A stretch of DNA of 64,000 nucleotides, taken from assembly GCA_045047115.1 (NCBI GenBank), contig JASFYR010000010.1, positions 1-64,000 of the forward strand, read 5' to 3'. Numbering within the stretch: the first letter of the stretch is position 1; each line of letters begins with the position of its first letter. The stretch is from Sulfurospirillum sp. Its GTDB lineage: Bacteria; Campylobacterota; Campylobacteria; Campylobacterales; Sulfurospirillaceae. Positions 1 to 10,488 of this stretch are shown in pieces. The notes under the pieces were generated by a model. That model did no database searches and was not told the origin of the DNA. It saw only the letters and a list, made by a program, of their open reading frames with translations. Both the position numbers and the translations under genes were made by a program.

Positions 1-27
1 AAACTTTTTAAAAAGTTTAAAGTTTAA

Positions 28-89
28 CCCTGACCCCTTTACAGTTCCCTTTACAGTTCCCTGACCCCTTTACAGTTCCTTTACAATTT
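28..89. repeat. Short direct repeat: two ~31-bp units CCCTGACCCCTTTACAGTT(C)CCTTTACA(G/A)TT, built from four CCTTTACA(G/A)TT subunits
   Basis: Read directly: units at 28-58 and 59-89. Confidence 0.85.
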
Positions 90-163
90 AACTCCTTCCA
101 CAGAAACTTTCCTTTTGTATAAATTGCAACCAGTTTGTTATCAAAATAATGGTCAAAATTAGC

Positions 164-169
164 TATAAT
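164..169 (+). promoter_or_regulatory. Putative sigma70 -10 box (gcTATAAT) of the glycogen cluster
   Basis: TATAAT about 30 nt upstream of the GGAG/GTG start of the first gene. Confidence 0.5.
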
Positions 170-198
170 GAAGCATATTTAAAATATTGGAGAAAACA

Positions 199-477
199 GT
201 GATAAAAATAACAAAAAAAGGTAAAAAAACCTGGGTAACTTTTACAATCTCTCCACAAAATACTCAATCTGTTGAGATTTCAGGTGAGTGGAACAGTTGG
301 AAAAATGAAGCTATGAAAAAAAAGAAAAATGGAGAATTTTACATAACCAAAGTTATGGATTCAAGCAATAGCTTCGAGTTTGGCTACAAATTAGATAACG
401 GCAGATGGATATGTGATGAAAGTACACCAAAAGTAATGTCACCTTTTAACTCACAAAATTCACTACTAAAAATATAG
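199..477 (+). CDS. CBM48 / isoamylase early-set glycogen-binding domain protein
   Basis: VTF..VEISGEWNSWK..MKK..NGEF..FEFGYKLDNGRWICD pattern; GTG start chosen from GGAG SD at 189-192. Confidence 0.85.
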   Translation: MIKITKKGKKTWVTFTISPQNTQSVEISGEWNSWKNEAMKKKKNGEFYITKVMDSSNSFEFGYKLDNGRWICDESTPKVMSPFNSQNSLLKI

Positions 478-513
478 CTGGCAAGAGGGTTTTTTGACCC
501 TAACAACAGCAAC

Positions 514-585
514 TTTCTCTACGATAACAGCAGATACAAGGGCGAGAAATTTTTATTGGGCTTCACTTAATAAAAAGGAAACGAT
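514..585 (+). repeat. Leader element copy A (diverged)
   Basis: Gap-free alignment with the copy at 59907-59981 (TTTCTCT..CAG.AG.T.CA...GCGAG.AATTTTT), then hairpin 550-576 and AAAAAGG. Confidence 0.6.
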
Positions 586-593
586 AAATAATA

Positions 594-667
594 TTTTCTC
601 ACCAAAGGTGTAGCTTTAGTCGCGAGGAATTTTAAAGGAGCTTTGCTTCATTAAAAGGGGATATAAA
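594..667 (+). repeat. Leader element copy B (hairpin - AGCTTTAGTCGCGAGGAA - hairpin - SD)
   Basis: Core identical to the copy at 15178-15199; directly precedes ATG 668. Confidence 0.85.
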
Positions 668-3166
668 ATGAAAGCAGTAGTAATGGCAGGTGGATTTGGA
701 ACCAGGATTCAGCCTTTGACACACTCTTGTCCGAAACCGATGTTACCTATCGTAAATAGGCCTATGATGGAGCATACCATGATGATGCTTAAAGACCTTG
801 GGATCACAGAGTTTATAATACTTCTCTACTTTAAACCAGAAATCATCAAAGAGTACTTTAAAGACGGAAGTGAATTTGGTATCAAAATCAGCTATGTCAC
901 TCCTGATGATGACTATGGGACGGCTGGCGCGGTAAAGCTGGCGAGTGCTCTCATAGGTGATGAAAACTTTATAATCATCAGTGGTGACTTGGTCACTGAT
1001 TTTGATTTTCAAAAGCTTTTTGATTTTCACTCCAAAAAAAAAGCAAAGCTCTCTATCGGACTGACATCGGTAGAAAACCCACTCCAATTTGGTGTAGTTA
1101 TAGCAAACAGTGATAATATTATAGAAAAATTTTTAGAAAAACCGAGTTGGGGAGAGGTCTTTAGTGACACCATAAATACTGGTATATACATCATAGAACC
1201 TGAAATTTTGAAATTTATACCAAAAGGTGAAAATTTTGACTTTGCAAAAGATCTGTTTCCAACTTTAATGAAAAATAAAATTGATTTGGCAGGCTACAGT
1301 CTGGAAGGCTACTGGAGAGATGTCGGAAACCCTGAAAGCTACAGAGGAGTCTATGATGACATACTGAATGAGAGAGTTAAATTTAAAATTCCAGGCATCA
1401 AAACTACTTTTCCTGATGGCGCGCTCTATAGCGACAAACCATATAATTTAGATAAAAATATTGAAATTATAGGCAATGTAGTCTTGGGCGACAATATCAC
1501 ACTTGGTAAAAACACAAAACTAAATAATACGGTTATAGGAAATAATGTTACGATTGGCAGCAACAGCAACATAAGAAACAGCATACTCTGGAGCGATATA
1601 ACAGTCGGTAAAAATGCAAAATTTGACGGTTGTGTCATCTGTTATGATAACAAAATAGGTAAAAATGTCACTGCAAAAGCAGGACTCATACTAGCTCAAG
1701 GCTGTGAAGTCGGGGAGCTCACAACATTTGAGCAGGATGTTACAATCTGGCCTGACAAAAAGATAGAACCAGCCTCCATAATCAGTCACTCTTTAGTGCT
1801 TGGAAACAGATATAAAAATACGATATTCGAAAGCGGAAGTGTCTCTGGCAAAAGCAATATAGAGCTCTCATGCGATATGGCAACAAAATTGGCCGAAGCA
1901 TTTGCTTCTCAACTTCCTATCGGCTCTTGCGTAGCGGTAGGAAGAGATAAAGATAAGAGTTCCAGAATGTTAAAAAGAGCATTTTTAGGTGGGCTTTTGA
2001 GTGCTGGTATAGATGTTCTTGATATGAGAAGTATTCCGCCATCAGTCCTAAGATACTCCATAGCAAGAAATGATAAAATTATAGGTGGAGCTCACTTGAA
2101 AAGAGATATAGTAGACACCACCAGTTCACAAATCACTCTGTTTAACGAAGAGGCTTTAAGAATTGATTCAAATTCTATAAAAGGTGTTGAAAAGGCATTT
2201 TTTACAGAAAATTTCAGGAGAGTTGACTACACAAAAATAGGAGAGATTAAAGAGTCTGCAAAAGATATAGAATACAAAAAATATATCGAGGAGATAGAGC
2301 AAAAAATAGACCACAGAATCATAAAATGTGGTGGGTTTAAAGTCGCTGTTGATGTTATGCATGGAAGCACAGCAGATATATTTCCAACTCTTTTAAATGA
2401 TTTGGGGGTTGAAAATATAGTTCTTGATGCCTACTATGACGATAAAAAACTCTCAAACATAAAGATACTTGAATCAAGAGCAAAATCCAATATTTCAAAT
2501 ATAGTTAAAAGTCTAAAATACGACATGGGCGTCATCATCTATCCAAATGCCCAAAGACTTTCACTTGTCACAGGTGAGGGAGAAGTGCTCGATAAGATAA
2601 AAGGACTTTTAAGTGTCTTATATCTTTTGGACATGGAGAGCAATGACAAAAAAAGAGAGGTTTTTTTACCTACATGGGCGCCAGATATGATAGAGTTTCA
2701 AAACCTGGCGATTCACAGAGGAAAATACTCAAATTTTAATACCAAAAAATTAAAAGAGTATGATTTGGTTGCTACGATGGATGGAAACTTTGCATTTACA
2801 GAGTTTGGCGTAACAAGAGATGCTATGTATGCGAGCTTGAAGATCATGGAAATGCTTAGTTGTCACGATATAAAATTATCTAATTTGGCAAAAAAGATAG
2901 ACGATTTTTATTATTCAAGTAAAAAGATAGAGTGTACTCAAGCCCTAAAAGGCAAGATGATGAGGAAGTTTTTGGAAGACTCCAAAGGCAAGAGAGCATC
3001 AACCGCAGACGGAGTTAAGATTTGGGAAAATAAAACTGACTGGATTTTGATGATACCTGACCAGTACAGTGACCATCTAAATATTTATATTCAGGCAAAA
3101 GATGAAACATCTGCAAATAAAATATATGACGAATACAACATAAAGATAGCTTCTTGGGCAAAATGA
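668..3166 (+). CDS. Sugar-1-phosphate nucleotidyltransferase (mannose-1-P guanylyltransferase-like) + left-handed beta-helix + phosphohexomutase-like domain fusion
   Basis: MAGGFGTRIQPLT..PKP, FLEKP, YWRDVG motifs; hexapeptide repeats; C-terminal VGRD..S and DGVKI PGM/PMM-like segments. Confidence 0.85.
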   Translation: MKAVVMAGGFGTRIQPLTHSCPKPMLPIVNRPMMEHTMMMLKDLGITEFIILLYFKPEIIKEYFKDGSEFGIKISYVTPDDDYGTAGAVKLASALIGDENFIIISGDLVTDFDFQKLFDFHSKKKAKLSIGLTSVENPLQFGVVIANSDNIIEKFLEKPSWGEVFSDTINTGIYIIEPEILKFIPKGENFDFAKDLFPTLMKNKIDLAGYSLEGYWRDVGNPESYRGVYDDILNERVKFKIPGIKTTFPDGALYSDKPYNLDKNIEIIGNVVLGDNITLGKNTKLNNTVIGNNVTIGSNSNIRNSILWSDITVGKNAKFDGCVICYDNKIGKNVTAKAGLILAQGCEVGELTTFEQDVTIWPDKKIEPASIISHSLVLGNRYKNTIFESGSVSGKSNIELSCDMATKLAEAFASQLPIGSCVAVGRDKDKSSRMLKRAFLGGLLSAGIDVLDMRSIPPSVLRYSIARNDKIIGGAHLKRDIVDTTSSQITLFNEEALRIDSNSIKGVEKAFFTENFRRVDYTKIGEIKESAKDIEYKKYIEEIEQKIDHRIIKCGGFKVAVDVMHGSTADIFPTLLNDLGVENIVLDAYYDDKKLSNIKILESRAKSNISNIVKSLKYDMGVIIYPNAQRLSLVTGEGEVLDKIKGLLSVLYLLDMESNDKKREVFLPTWAPDMIEFQNLAIHRGKYSNFNTKKLKEYDLVATMDGNFAFTEFGVTRDAMYASLKIMEMLSCHDIKLSNLAKKIDDFYYSSKKIECTQALKGKMMRKFLEDSKGKRASTADGVKIWENKTDWILMIPDQYSDHLNIYIQAKDETSANKIYDEYNIKIASWAK

Positions 3167-5187
3167 ATCTAGCTATTATCTGGCATATGCACCAGCCCGA
3201 CTACAGAGACGCTAAAGGGGTGATGCAGATGCCATGGGTATTTTTGCACTCCATCAAAGACTACTTTGATATGCCATGGATGATGAGCAGACATAAAAAT
3301 ATCAAGGCTACATTCAACATAACCTCTCCACTGATAGAGCAGATAAAATTATATTATGACAAACCTCTTGCTAATGACTATTTTTTAAATCTGTGGCATA
3401 AAGATGCAAGCGAACTCCAAGAAGCTCAACAAGAGTGGATAATAAAACTTTGCAAAAGTGCTCAATTTGATACAATGGTTTCACCTCTGCCATACTTCAA
3501 AACCCTTTTTGAAAAAGAGTCTTTGAACAACAGAGAATTTTTTGATTTAGAAGTTTTATTTATTCTATCTTGGTGCGGAGTATATCTAAGACAAAACAGC
3601 AAAATTGTATCAAGCCTCATAGCAAAACAAAAAGATTACGATTTAAATGATAAAATTATACTGTTAGAAGAGTTAAAAGGATTTATAAGAGGAATATTTG
3701 ACTTTTATAAAACTCTACATGCAGAGGGTCTCATCTCCATCTCAACAACACCTCTAAATCACCCTATTTTACCGCTCTTATTAGATATGGATAATGCAAG
3801 AATTGCAAATCAAGATACAAATATACCTTTAGCCCATATGCCTTTAGCCCGAGATGCTTCGCTACAAATCTCTTTTGCAATAGAACTTTTTTACAAAACT
3901 TTTGGTTTTACACCGGAGGGTTTTTGGCCTGCCGAGGGAGCAGTAGATCCAAAAAGCCTCAAACTGTTAAAAAAATATGGCATAAAATGGATAGCTACAG
4001 ATGAGGCTATACTTTTCAAATCCCTACAAAACAGCGATAAAAAAAACCTATATCACCCTTACAATTACGACGATATATGCATAGGCTTTAGAGATCATGA
4101 GCTTAGTGATTTGATTGGGTTTACATATAGGTTCTGGGATGATTTCAGAGCTAGTGAAAACTTCATAGAATCACTAAAAAATATAGATGACAATGTTCAG
4201 AATGCAACGGTTTTCGTCATACTTGATGGTGAAAATGCTTGGGAATTTTATAAAAATAATGCTTTTGATTTTTTTGACTCACTATATAACAAACTTTGCA
4301 AAACTACTTGGTGTAAAACTGTAACCATGGATGAGGTTTATAAGATTGGGCAAAAAAAGCTCTCAAATCTAGCCCCGGGAAGTTGGATAAACGGCGAGTT
4401 TAATACCTGGGTTGGAGATCCTCAAAAAACAAAGGCATGGGATCTAATATTTCAAACCAAAAAAGAGTTTGAAAAAAATGAAAATCTTCTTATGCCAGAA
4501 ATAAAAAAAAAGATAGAGAAGCATTTTTTAGCCTCAGAGTGCTCTGATTGGTTTTGGTGGTATGGAGATGATCACTATACTGATTTTGGAGTAGAATTTG
4601 ATATACTTTTTAGAAATCATCTGATTAATATCTACAGTCTAATGCAAATTTCACCACCTGGCAATCTTTTTAAACCAATAATAAAAAAAAGAGAAAGTAA
4701 GGATTTTCACATCCTTCCACGCTCAAAAATAACTCCAATCATAAATGGAAAACACGACTCTTTTTTTGAATGGCTGGGAAGCGGTGTGATAGACGAAACA
4801 AAAATCCTCTCTACTATGGATAAAACAAGAGCACCTATCGAAAAAATCTTCTATGGTCAAGATAGTGATTTTTTATATTTTGCATTTTCTGCCGATATAA
4901 ACTCGATATTAAAGTGTGATAGTCTGAATATCATCATAGAGACTCTAAATACAAAGATAAAAATACCAATAAATTTGGAACATAAAAAGATAGAAGATGG
5001 TTTTAAAATCGAATATGCTTTTAATAAATGGCTAGAAATCAGCATAGATAAAAAGAGTCTAAACAAAAAAAGATTGACTTTTCGTTTTGAACTAATCAAG
5101 CAAAAAAGAATTATCCAATCTCTGCCGGGCTTTGGTGAACTTGCTCTTGAATTGGATGCAAACTACACTCAAAATTGGTTTATATAA
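3163..5187 (+). CDS. Glycoside hydrolase family 57 (amylopullulanase-like)
   Basis: WHMHQP, HPILPLL, GFWPAEG, ILDGENAWE, SDWFWW GH57 motifs; ATGA overlap with previous gene. Confidence 0.9.
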   Translation: MNLAIIWHMHQPDYRDAKGVMQMPWVFLHSIKDYFDMPWMMSRHKNIKATFNITSPLIEQIKLYYDKPLANDYFLNLWHKDASELQEAQQEWIIKLCKSAQFDTMVSPLPYFKTLFEKESLNNREFFDLEVLFILSWCGVYLRQNSKIVSSLIAKQKDYDLNDKIILLEELKGFIRGIFDFYKTLHAEGLISISTTPLNHPILPLLLDMDNARIANQDTNIPLAHMPLARDASLQISFAIELFYKTFGFTPEGFWPAEGAVDPKSLKLLKKYGIKWIATDEAILFKSLQNSDKKNLYHPYNYDDICIGFRDHELSDLIGFTYRFWDDFRASENFIESLKNIDDNVQNATVFVILDGENAWEFYKNNAFDFFDSLYNKLCKTTWCKTVTMDEVYKIGQKKLSNLAPGSWINGEFNTWVGDPQKTKAWDLIFQTKKEFEKNENLLMPEIKKKIEKHFLASECSDWFWWYGDDHYTDFGVEFDILFRNHLINIYSLMQISPPGNLFKPIIKKRESKDFHILPRSKITPIINGKHDSFFEWLGSGVIDETKILSTMDKTRAPIEKIFYGQDSDFLYFAFSADINSILKCDSLNIIIETLNTKIKIPINLEHKKIEDGFKIEYAFNKWLEISIDKKSLNKKRLTFRFELIKQKRIIQSLPGFGELALELDANYTQNWFI

Positions 5188-5239
5188 CATACAAAGGTTA
5201 TTACTCCACCAATGAACAGATGACCTTATAAGGAAAAAT

Positions 5240-7267
5240 ATGAGCAGAGTATCACTACTTTTTGGGGTGCATATGCACCAACCTGTTGACAATTTTGGCG
5301 AAGCCGTAGATGAAGCTATAGAAAAATGCTATAAGCCTTTTTTTAAAACTATGGCAAAATATCCCCAGTTTAAATTTTCACTTCATTGCAGTGGTTGGTT
5401 ACTGGAGCAAATCATCACAAAACATCCGGACATCACTGCAAATATGCAAAAATTGACAGATTTGGGCTCTATCGAGTGGATAAGTGCGGGTTATTATGAA
5501 CCAATTCTTAGCTCTATCCCCTCAATCGACAGAGTAAATCAGATAAAAAAACTAAACAGCTATATCAAGAAAAATTTTAAAACCTCAACAAGTGGCCTTT
5601 GGCTGACTGAAAGAGTTTGGGAGCCTTCAATCATACCTGATTTGCAAAAAGCAAACATTGACTTTACCATTATCGATGATTATCATTTTTTAAGTAGTGG
5701 TTTCAATAAGAGAGAGTTGGATGGATATTTTAAAACTGAAGAGAGCGGAAAAGAACTCGCTCTTTTTCCGATTTCCGAAGCCCTCAGATATGCTCTTCCT
5801 TTTTTTAGTACCCAAAAAGCTATAGAAATCATAGAAAATCATGCTAAAAATAAAAACTCTGCCGCTATCATATTTGATGATGCTGAAAAGTTTGGATTAT
5901 GGCCTAAAACCTATGAGTGGGTATATGAAAAAGAGTGGCTAAAAGATTTTGTGGAAGCTATACTCGAGAATGAAAATATACAAACAGAGCATTTTGAAGA
6001 GTTCAAAAACAACAATAGATCCAGGGGAGTCGCTTACCTTAACAACACATCATATTTTGAGATGGGTGAGTGGAGTCTAAAAGAGCAACAAAGCATGGCT
6101 TTGGAAAAATTAAAAAAGCAGGTCGGGCTGGATTATTTTGAAAATATCGGCATTGCATTTATAAAAGGCGGTATTTGGAAAAACTTTTTTATCAAATATG
6201 AAGAGAGTAACCGCCTTCACAAAAGAATGCTATATATGAGTAAACTACAAGATAAGATGGACAAAAAATCATTGGAACTTCTTTATAGACTCCAAACAAA
6301 TGATGTCTTTTGGCATGGTGTTTTTGGAGGTTTATATCTTCCAAATCTAAGAGACAATGCCTATAGTTATCTTCTTGAAATGGAAAAGAGATTCTCAACC
6401 AAAAAAACAATTTACAAGATTGATGATTTTGACATGGATGGTTTTGATGAACTAAAAATTCTCACAAACTCACTCTCCTTGATGTTTTCACAGAAAAACG
6501 GTGGTCAAATGGTAGAGTTTGGCTTGCTAGACAAAGCATTTAACTGGCAAAACACACTCAAGAGAAGAAAAGAAGCATATCACGAAAATATACTAAATCC
6601 AAAAGAGAGACAGGCAGAACAGAGTGATGATGCGATAGCTACTATCCATAATTTGGATGGAGAGATTGATAACAAACTAAAAGAGAATCTCATCTTTGAT
6701 TGGCACCTTAAATACTCTTTTATAGATCATATATCAAATGAGCCATTTAGTCTGCAGAGCTTTAGAAGTGCGAACTTCAAAGAGATAGGTGATTTTGCAA
6801 ATCAACCTTTTGTATTAGATAAAAAAACCAAATCTTTTTGTAGAAACGGCGGCATTTACCTGGAAGACAAATACAACACAACTATCAAAAAAAGATACAC
6901 TTTTAAAGAGAAGCAAATCAAACAGAATTTTATATGCAGAAGTGATTTTAAAAAAGAGGTATATTATGGAGTAGAGTTTAATCTACACTTTGCACACCCT
7001 CATAAAGTGACATTTAATGATAATCTTATAAACGATGGGCTAAACTTAAAAGAGATAAAATCTTTAGAGATAGTTGATGATTTTACAAACAAGAAGATTA
7101 GTTTTACATTTGATAGTGCACTTGATATGAATGCTTTTGTGCTCTGTACTATATCTCAAAGCGAAAAAGGATATGACATGGTAAACCAACAGATCTCTTT
7201 TATACTCTGCTCTTCATTTAGGCAAAATTTGGATTTAACCTTGAATATAGAGGTTACAGATGTCTGA
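5240..7267 (+). CDS. GH57 4-alpha-glucanotransferase / alpha-amylase
   Basis: HMHQP, GYYEPIL, GLWLTERVWEP, DDAEKFGLWP, WHGVFGGLYLP motifs. Confidence 0.9.
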   Translation: MSRVSLLFGVHMHQPVDNFGEAVDEAIEKCYKPFFKTMAKYPQFKFSLHCSGWLLEQIITKHPDITANMQKLTDLGSIEWISAGYYEPILSSIPSIDRVNQIKKLNSYIKKNFKTSTSGLWLTERVWEPSIIPDLQKANIDFTIIDDYHFLSSGFNKRELDGYFKTEESGKELALFPISEALRYALPFFSTQKAIEIIENHAKNKNSAAIIFDDAEKFGLWPKTYEWVYEKEWLKDFVEAILENENIQTEHFEEFKNNNRSRGVAYLNNTSYFEMGEWSLKEQQSMALEKLKKQVGLDYFENIGIAFIKGGIWKNFFIKYEESNRLHKRMLYMSKLQDKMDKKSLELLYRLQTNDVFWHGVFGGLYLPNLRDNAYSYLLEMEKRFSTKKTIYKIDDFDMDGFDELKILTNSLSLMFSQKNGGQMVEFGLLDKAFNWQNTLKRRKEAYHENILNPKERQAEQSDDAIATIHNLDGEIDNKLKENLIFDWHLKYSFIDHISNEPFSLQSFRSANFKEIGDFANQPFVLDKKTKSFCRNGGIYLEDKYNTTIKKRYTFKEKQIKQNFICRSDFKKEVYYGVEFNLHFAHPHKVTFNDNLINDGLNLKEIKSLEIVDDFTNKKISFTFDSALDMNAFVLCTISQSEKGYDMVNQQISFILCSSFRQNLDLTLNIEVTDV

Positions 7268-8279
7268 TATAAGAGTAGATTTATTGCACAACAGATATGT
7301 TCTTATAGCTCCTGAAAGACTGCATCGTCCCGATTTTTTTCAACAAACCCCATCCAATGTGGATGCAGACGATTGCCCTTTTTGTGAAGGAAACGAAAAC
7401 CTAACTCCTGATGAGATATATGCCATCAGAGACAATCAACCAAACGATAAAGAGTGGAAAACAAGAGTAGTGCCAAATCTATACAAAGCAGTCCAGGTTG
7501 AACTCCAAAGCAGTTCACAAATGCAAGGCATATTTGAGACCATAGAGGGAGTTGGTGCTCATGAAGTCCTCATAGACTCGCCCAATCACGACAAAGATAC
7601 AGTAACACTTGATATCCCACACATAGAGCTTTGGCTAAATACTATGGTCAGAAGAATTGAAGATTTAAAAAAAGATGTAAGATTGATCCATTTGAGTCTA
7701 TTTAAAAACTATGGAGAAAATTCCGGAGCAACTCAAAAACATCCTCATACACAACTCTTAGCTTTGCCCGTTATGCCAAAAGATGAACTTGATTTTTTAA
7801 AAAGAAATTTTGAGTACTATAAAAAACACGGCAGAGGGCAAGTAGAAGATATCATAGAAAATGAGAAAAATTCCCAAAGAGTGATAGAGAAAAGTGATAA
7901 TTTTATAGCTTATTGCCCATTTGCAAGCAGTTTTCCTTTTGAAGTGATTATTGCTCCTTTGAAAAATCTCACATCGGTGGAAAGTTGCAATCAAAAAGAT
8001 ATATCAAGCCTGTCTCACATAATCAAAAGTGTTTTTGAAAAACTTCACAAACAACTAGGCAAATTTAGTTATAACCTCTACTTTAGACTGCCACCATTAA
8101 ATAAAAATTTTGAAAACGAAGAGTATCTGCCTTTTATAGAGAAAAATTTTCGCTTTAGTGTCCGCATAGTTCCAAGAATCTACAGACTCGGAGGATTTGA
8201 AATTTCAACAAATATGACTATCAATCCCATAGCACCGGAAGAGTGTGCAAGAGTATTAAATTCAAAAGAGCAACAATGA
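7260..8279 (+). CDS. galT: GalT-like HIT-family hexose-1-phosphate nucleotidyltransferase
   Basis: CPFCEGNE, RVVPNLY, GAHEV, KNYG..SGAT..HPHTQ, GGFE motifs. Confidence 0.8.
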   Translation: MSDIRVDLLHNRYVLIAPERLHRPDFFQQTPSNVDADDCPFCEGNENLTPDEIYAIRDNQPNDKEWKTRVVPNLYKAVQVELQSSSQMQGIFETIEGVGAHEVLIDSPNHDKDTVTLDIPHIELWLNTMVRRIEDLKKDVRLIHLSLFKNYGENSGATQKHPHTQLLALPVMPKDELDFLKRNFEYYKKHGRGQVEDIIENEKNSQRVIEKSDNFIAYCPFASSFPFEVIIAPLKNLTSVESCNQKDISSLSHIIKSVFEKLHKQLGKFSYNLYFRLPPLNKNFENEEYLPFIEKNFRFSVRIVPRIYRLGGFEISTNMTINPIAPEECARVLNSKEQQ

Positions 8280-9652
8280 AAACTCTATTTGCCTCAAGTG
8301 AAATCTTCCCTTACGCAAAAAGTGGAGGTTTGGCAGATGTGGCAAGCTCACTTCCAAAGGAGTTAAAAAAAGAGATAGACATAGTATCGGTTATGCCTTT
8401 TTATGGCTTTATGGACAAGAATGATTTTTTAGAAACTGATATAAATTACGATATAAATTTAGGTGGTATCACCTATAAAATAGAGATTTTAAGCAGATTT
8501 GACGGAAATGTATCGACATACTTTATCAAGGCGCCACTTCTTAGTGACACCAAAAATCTATACGGAGATGACAAGGCTTATGCAAACAATGACATAAGAT
8601 TTGGTATCTTTAGCAAAGCCGTCAGTACCCTTGCACTACTTTTGCATGTGAAGCTTGTTCATCTAAATGACTGGCACTGTGCTCTTAGTGCTTTTTGGCT
8701 AGAAAACAGTAAAATTAAGACTGTTTTTACCATACACAACCTTGCATATCAGGGGGTTTTTGAGAAAGGTACACTAGAAAGACTCGGTATAGGAAGTGAG
8801 CATTTTAATTTTAGGGATTTGGAGTTTTGGGGAAAATGTAACTTTATGAAAGCAGGAATTAGATACGCCGATGCCATCACGACTGTAAGTCCAAGCTATG
8901 CAAAAGAGATTTTAACTCCAAAATTTGGCTTTGGACTCGATGGATTTTTAAACTTTTACAAAGACAAACTAAGTGGCATCTTAAACGGCATAAATACAGA
9001 TTTTTTCAACCCAAAAACAGATAAAGCTCTTTTTAAAAATTACGATAAAAACTCACTTGCCTTAAAAAAAGAGAATAAAAAAACACTCTTTAAAAAAATA
9101 AAATTAAAAGATGAAAATCTACCTCTTTTTGTCATGATCAGCAGACTTGTCGAGCAAAAGGGATTTGATATCATTCTGGATTCACTTGATGATTTTTTGC
9201 AAAAAAGGATAAATCTCATAATTCTAACCGAAGGAGAGAGCAGATACAAAAAACCTCTTGCAGAGTTTGCAAAAAAATATGAGAATTTTGAGTTAATATT
9301 TGGTTATGACGAGAGTCTGTCTCACCAACTCTATGCCTCATGTGACTTTCTGCTTATGCCCTCCTTATTTGAACCGTGTGGATTAAACCAGATGATAGCT
9401 ATGAGATACGGCACAATTCCTATAGTTCACAACACGGGGGGATTAGAGGACAGCGTACACGAAAAATCAAAAAAATGCGGAATGGGAATCATCTTTTCAA
9501 AACCGACAAAAAGAGCCTTTATGCTGGCAGTAGATAGGGCACTGAAGCTGAAAAACAGAGAAGTTTTACAAAAATTTGATATGCAGTGTGATTTTTCATT
9601 TGCCAAGAGTGCCCAAAAATATATAAAACTCTATAAAAAAGTTTTGTTATGA
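8276..9652 (+). CDS. glgA: Glycogen synthase (paralog 1)
   Basis: KSGGLADV, HLNDWH, FTIHNL, PSLFEPCGLNQ, TGGL; ATG 8276 overlaps galT stop. Confidence 0.93.
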   Translation: MKTLFASSEIFPYAKSGGLADVASSLPKELKKEIDIVSVMPFYGFMDKNDFLETDINYDINLGGITYKIEILSRFDGNVSTYFIKAPLLSDTKNLYGDDKAYANNDIRFGIFSKAVSTLALLLHVKLVHLNDWHCALSAFWLENSKIKTVFTIHNLAYQGVFEKGTLERLGIGSEHFNFRDLEFWGKCNFMKAGIRYADAITTVSPSYAKEILTPKFGFGLDGFLNFYKDKLSGILNGINTDFFNPKTDKALFKNYDKNSLALKKENKKTLFKKIKLKDENLPLFVMISRLVEQKGFDIILDSLDDFLQKRINLIILTEGESRYKKPLAEFAKKYENFELIFGYDESLSHQLYASCDFLLMPSLFEPCGLNQMIAMRYGTIPIVHNTGGLEDSVHEKSKKCGMGIIFSKPTKRAFMLAVDRALKLKNREVLQKFDMQCDFSFAKSAQKYIKLYKKVLL

Positions 9653-10488
9653 ATCTGGCTATAGATATAGGCGGGACAAATATAAGAGCAGTTATATTCA
9701 AAGATGATAAAAATCAAAAATCTTTTGATGTAAAAAGTGCCCAAATCGGATTGGCAAAATTTATCGAAGATGTGCTTTCAAAATATAAAAATATAAAAAC
9801 CATAGGTATATCTTATGCAGGTCAAATCAGCGATGGTATCATCATTGGCTCTCCAAATATAAAAGTGGACATCGCAAATATAAAAGAGTATTTTCAAACA
9901 AAATACAATATACCATTATACATAGAAAATGACTTAACTTGCGCACTACTCGCAGAAGCAAAAAGGTTAAAAAGCAAAAATATCTGTGCCCTGCATATAG
10001 GAACAGGACTCGGACTGGGGGTCATGAATAGTGGAAAAATCATAAAAGGAGCTTGTAATTTAGCTGCTGAATTAGGACATATACCTTATAAAAAAGCACC
10101 TTTTAAGTGTGGATGCGGACGAGATAACTGCATAGAAAATTTTGCTTCAGGAAGAGCCATTATCAAGTGGCTGGAGTATTACAATCTTAAATGTGAACCA
10201 ATTTTGGAGACTCTAAAAAATGAAACAAACCCAAAAACAAAAGAGATTTTAAAAGAGTTTGAAGAGGCACTACTATATGCTGTTGGCAACACAATAACCC
10301 TCTTCAACCCTGAAATTTTAGTTTTAGGCGGTGGAATCATAGAGGCAAATTCATATCTAGTAGATAAAATCGTAATAAATATAAACAATTATACCCTAAA
10401 ACCATCTCTAAAAAATTGTAAAATTGTAAAAAGCCAACTAAAAAATGCACCGCTAATAGGTGCTTTAGCACTAAAGGATACACAATGA
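9649..10488 (+). CDS. ROK-family sugar kinase (probable glucokinase)
   Basis: IDIGGT, END, GTGLG, AELGH, CGCG..C.E motifs. Confidence 0.88.
   Translation: MNLAIDIGGTNIRAVIFKDDKNQKSFDVKSAQIGLAKFIEDVLSKYKNIKTIGISYAGQISDGIIIGSPNIKVDIANIKEYFQTKYNIPLYIENDLTCALLAEAKRLKSKNICALHIGTGLGLGVMNSGKIIKGACNLAAELGHIPYKKAPFKCGCGRDNCIENFASGRAIIKWLEYYNLKCEPILETLKNETNPKTKEILKEFEEALLYAVGNTITLFNPEILVLGGGIIEANSYLVDKIVININNYTLKPSLKNCKIVKSQLKNAPLIGALALKDTQ

Noticed and set aside
28..89. Direct repeats as a CRISPR array
   Set aside because: Units are adjacent with no unique spacers, and no cas genes are in the window.
123..140. TTGCAACCAGTTTG as a LacI-type operator for the glycogen cluster
   Set aside because: Only one half-site resembles the consensus; no LacI gene in the window.
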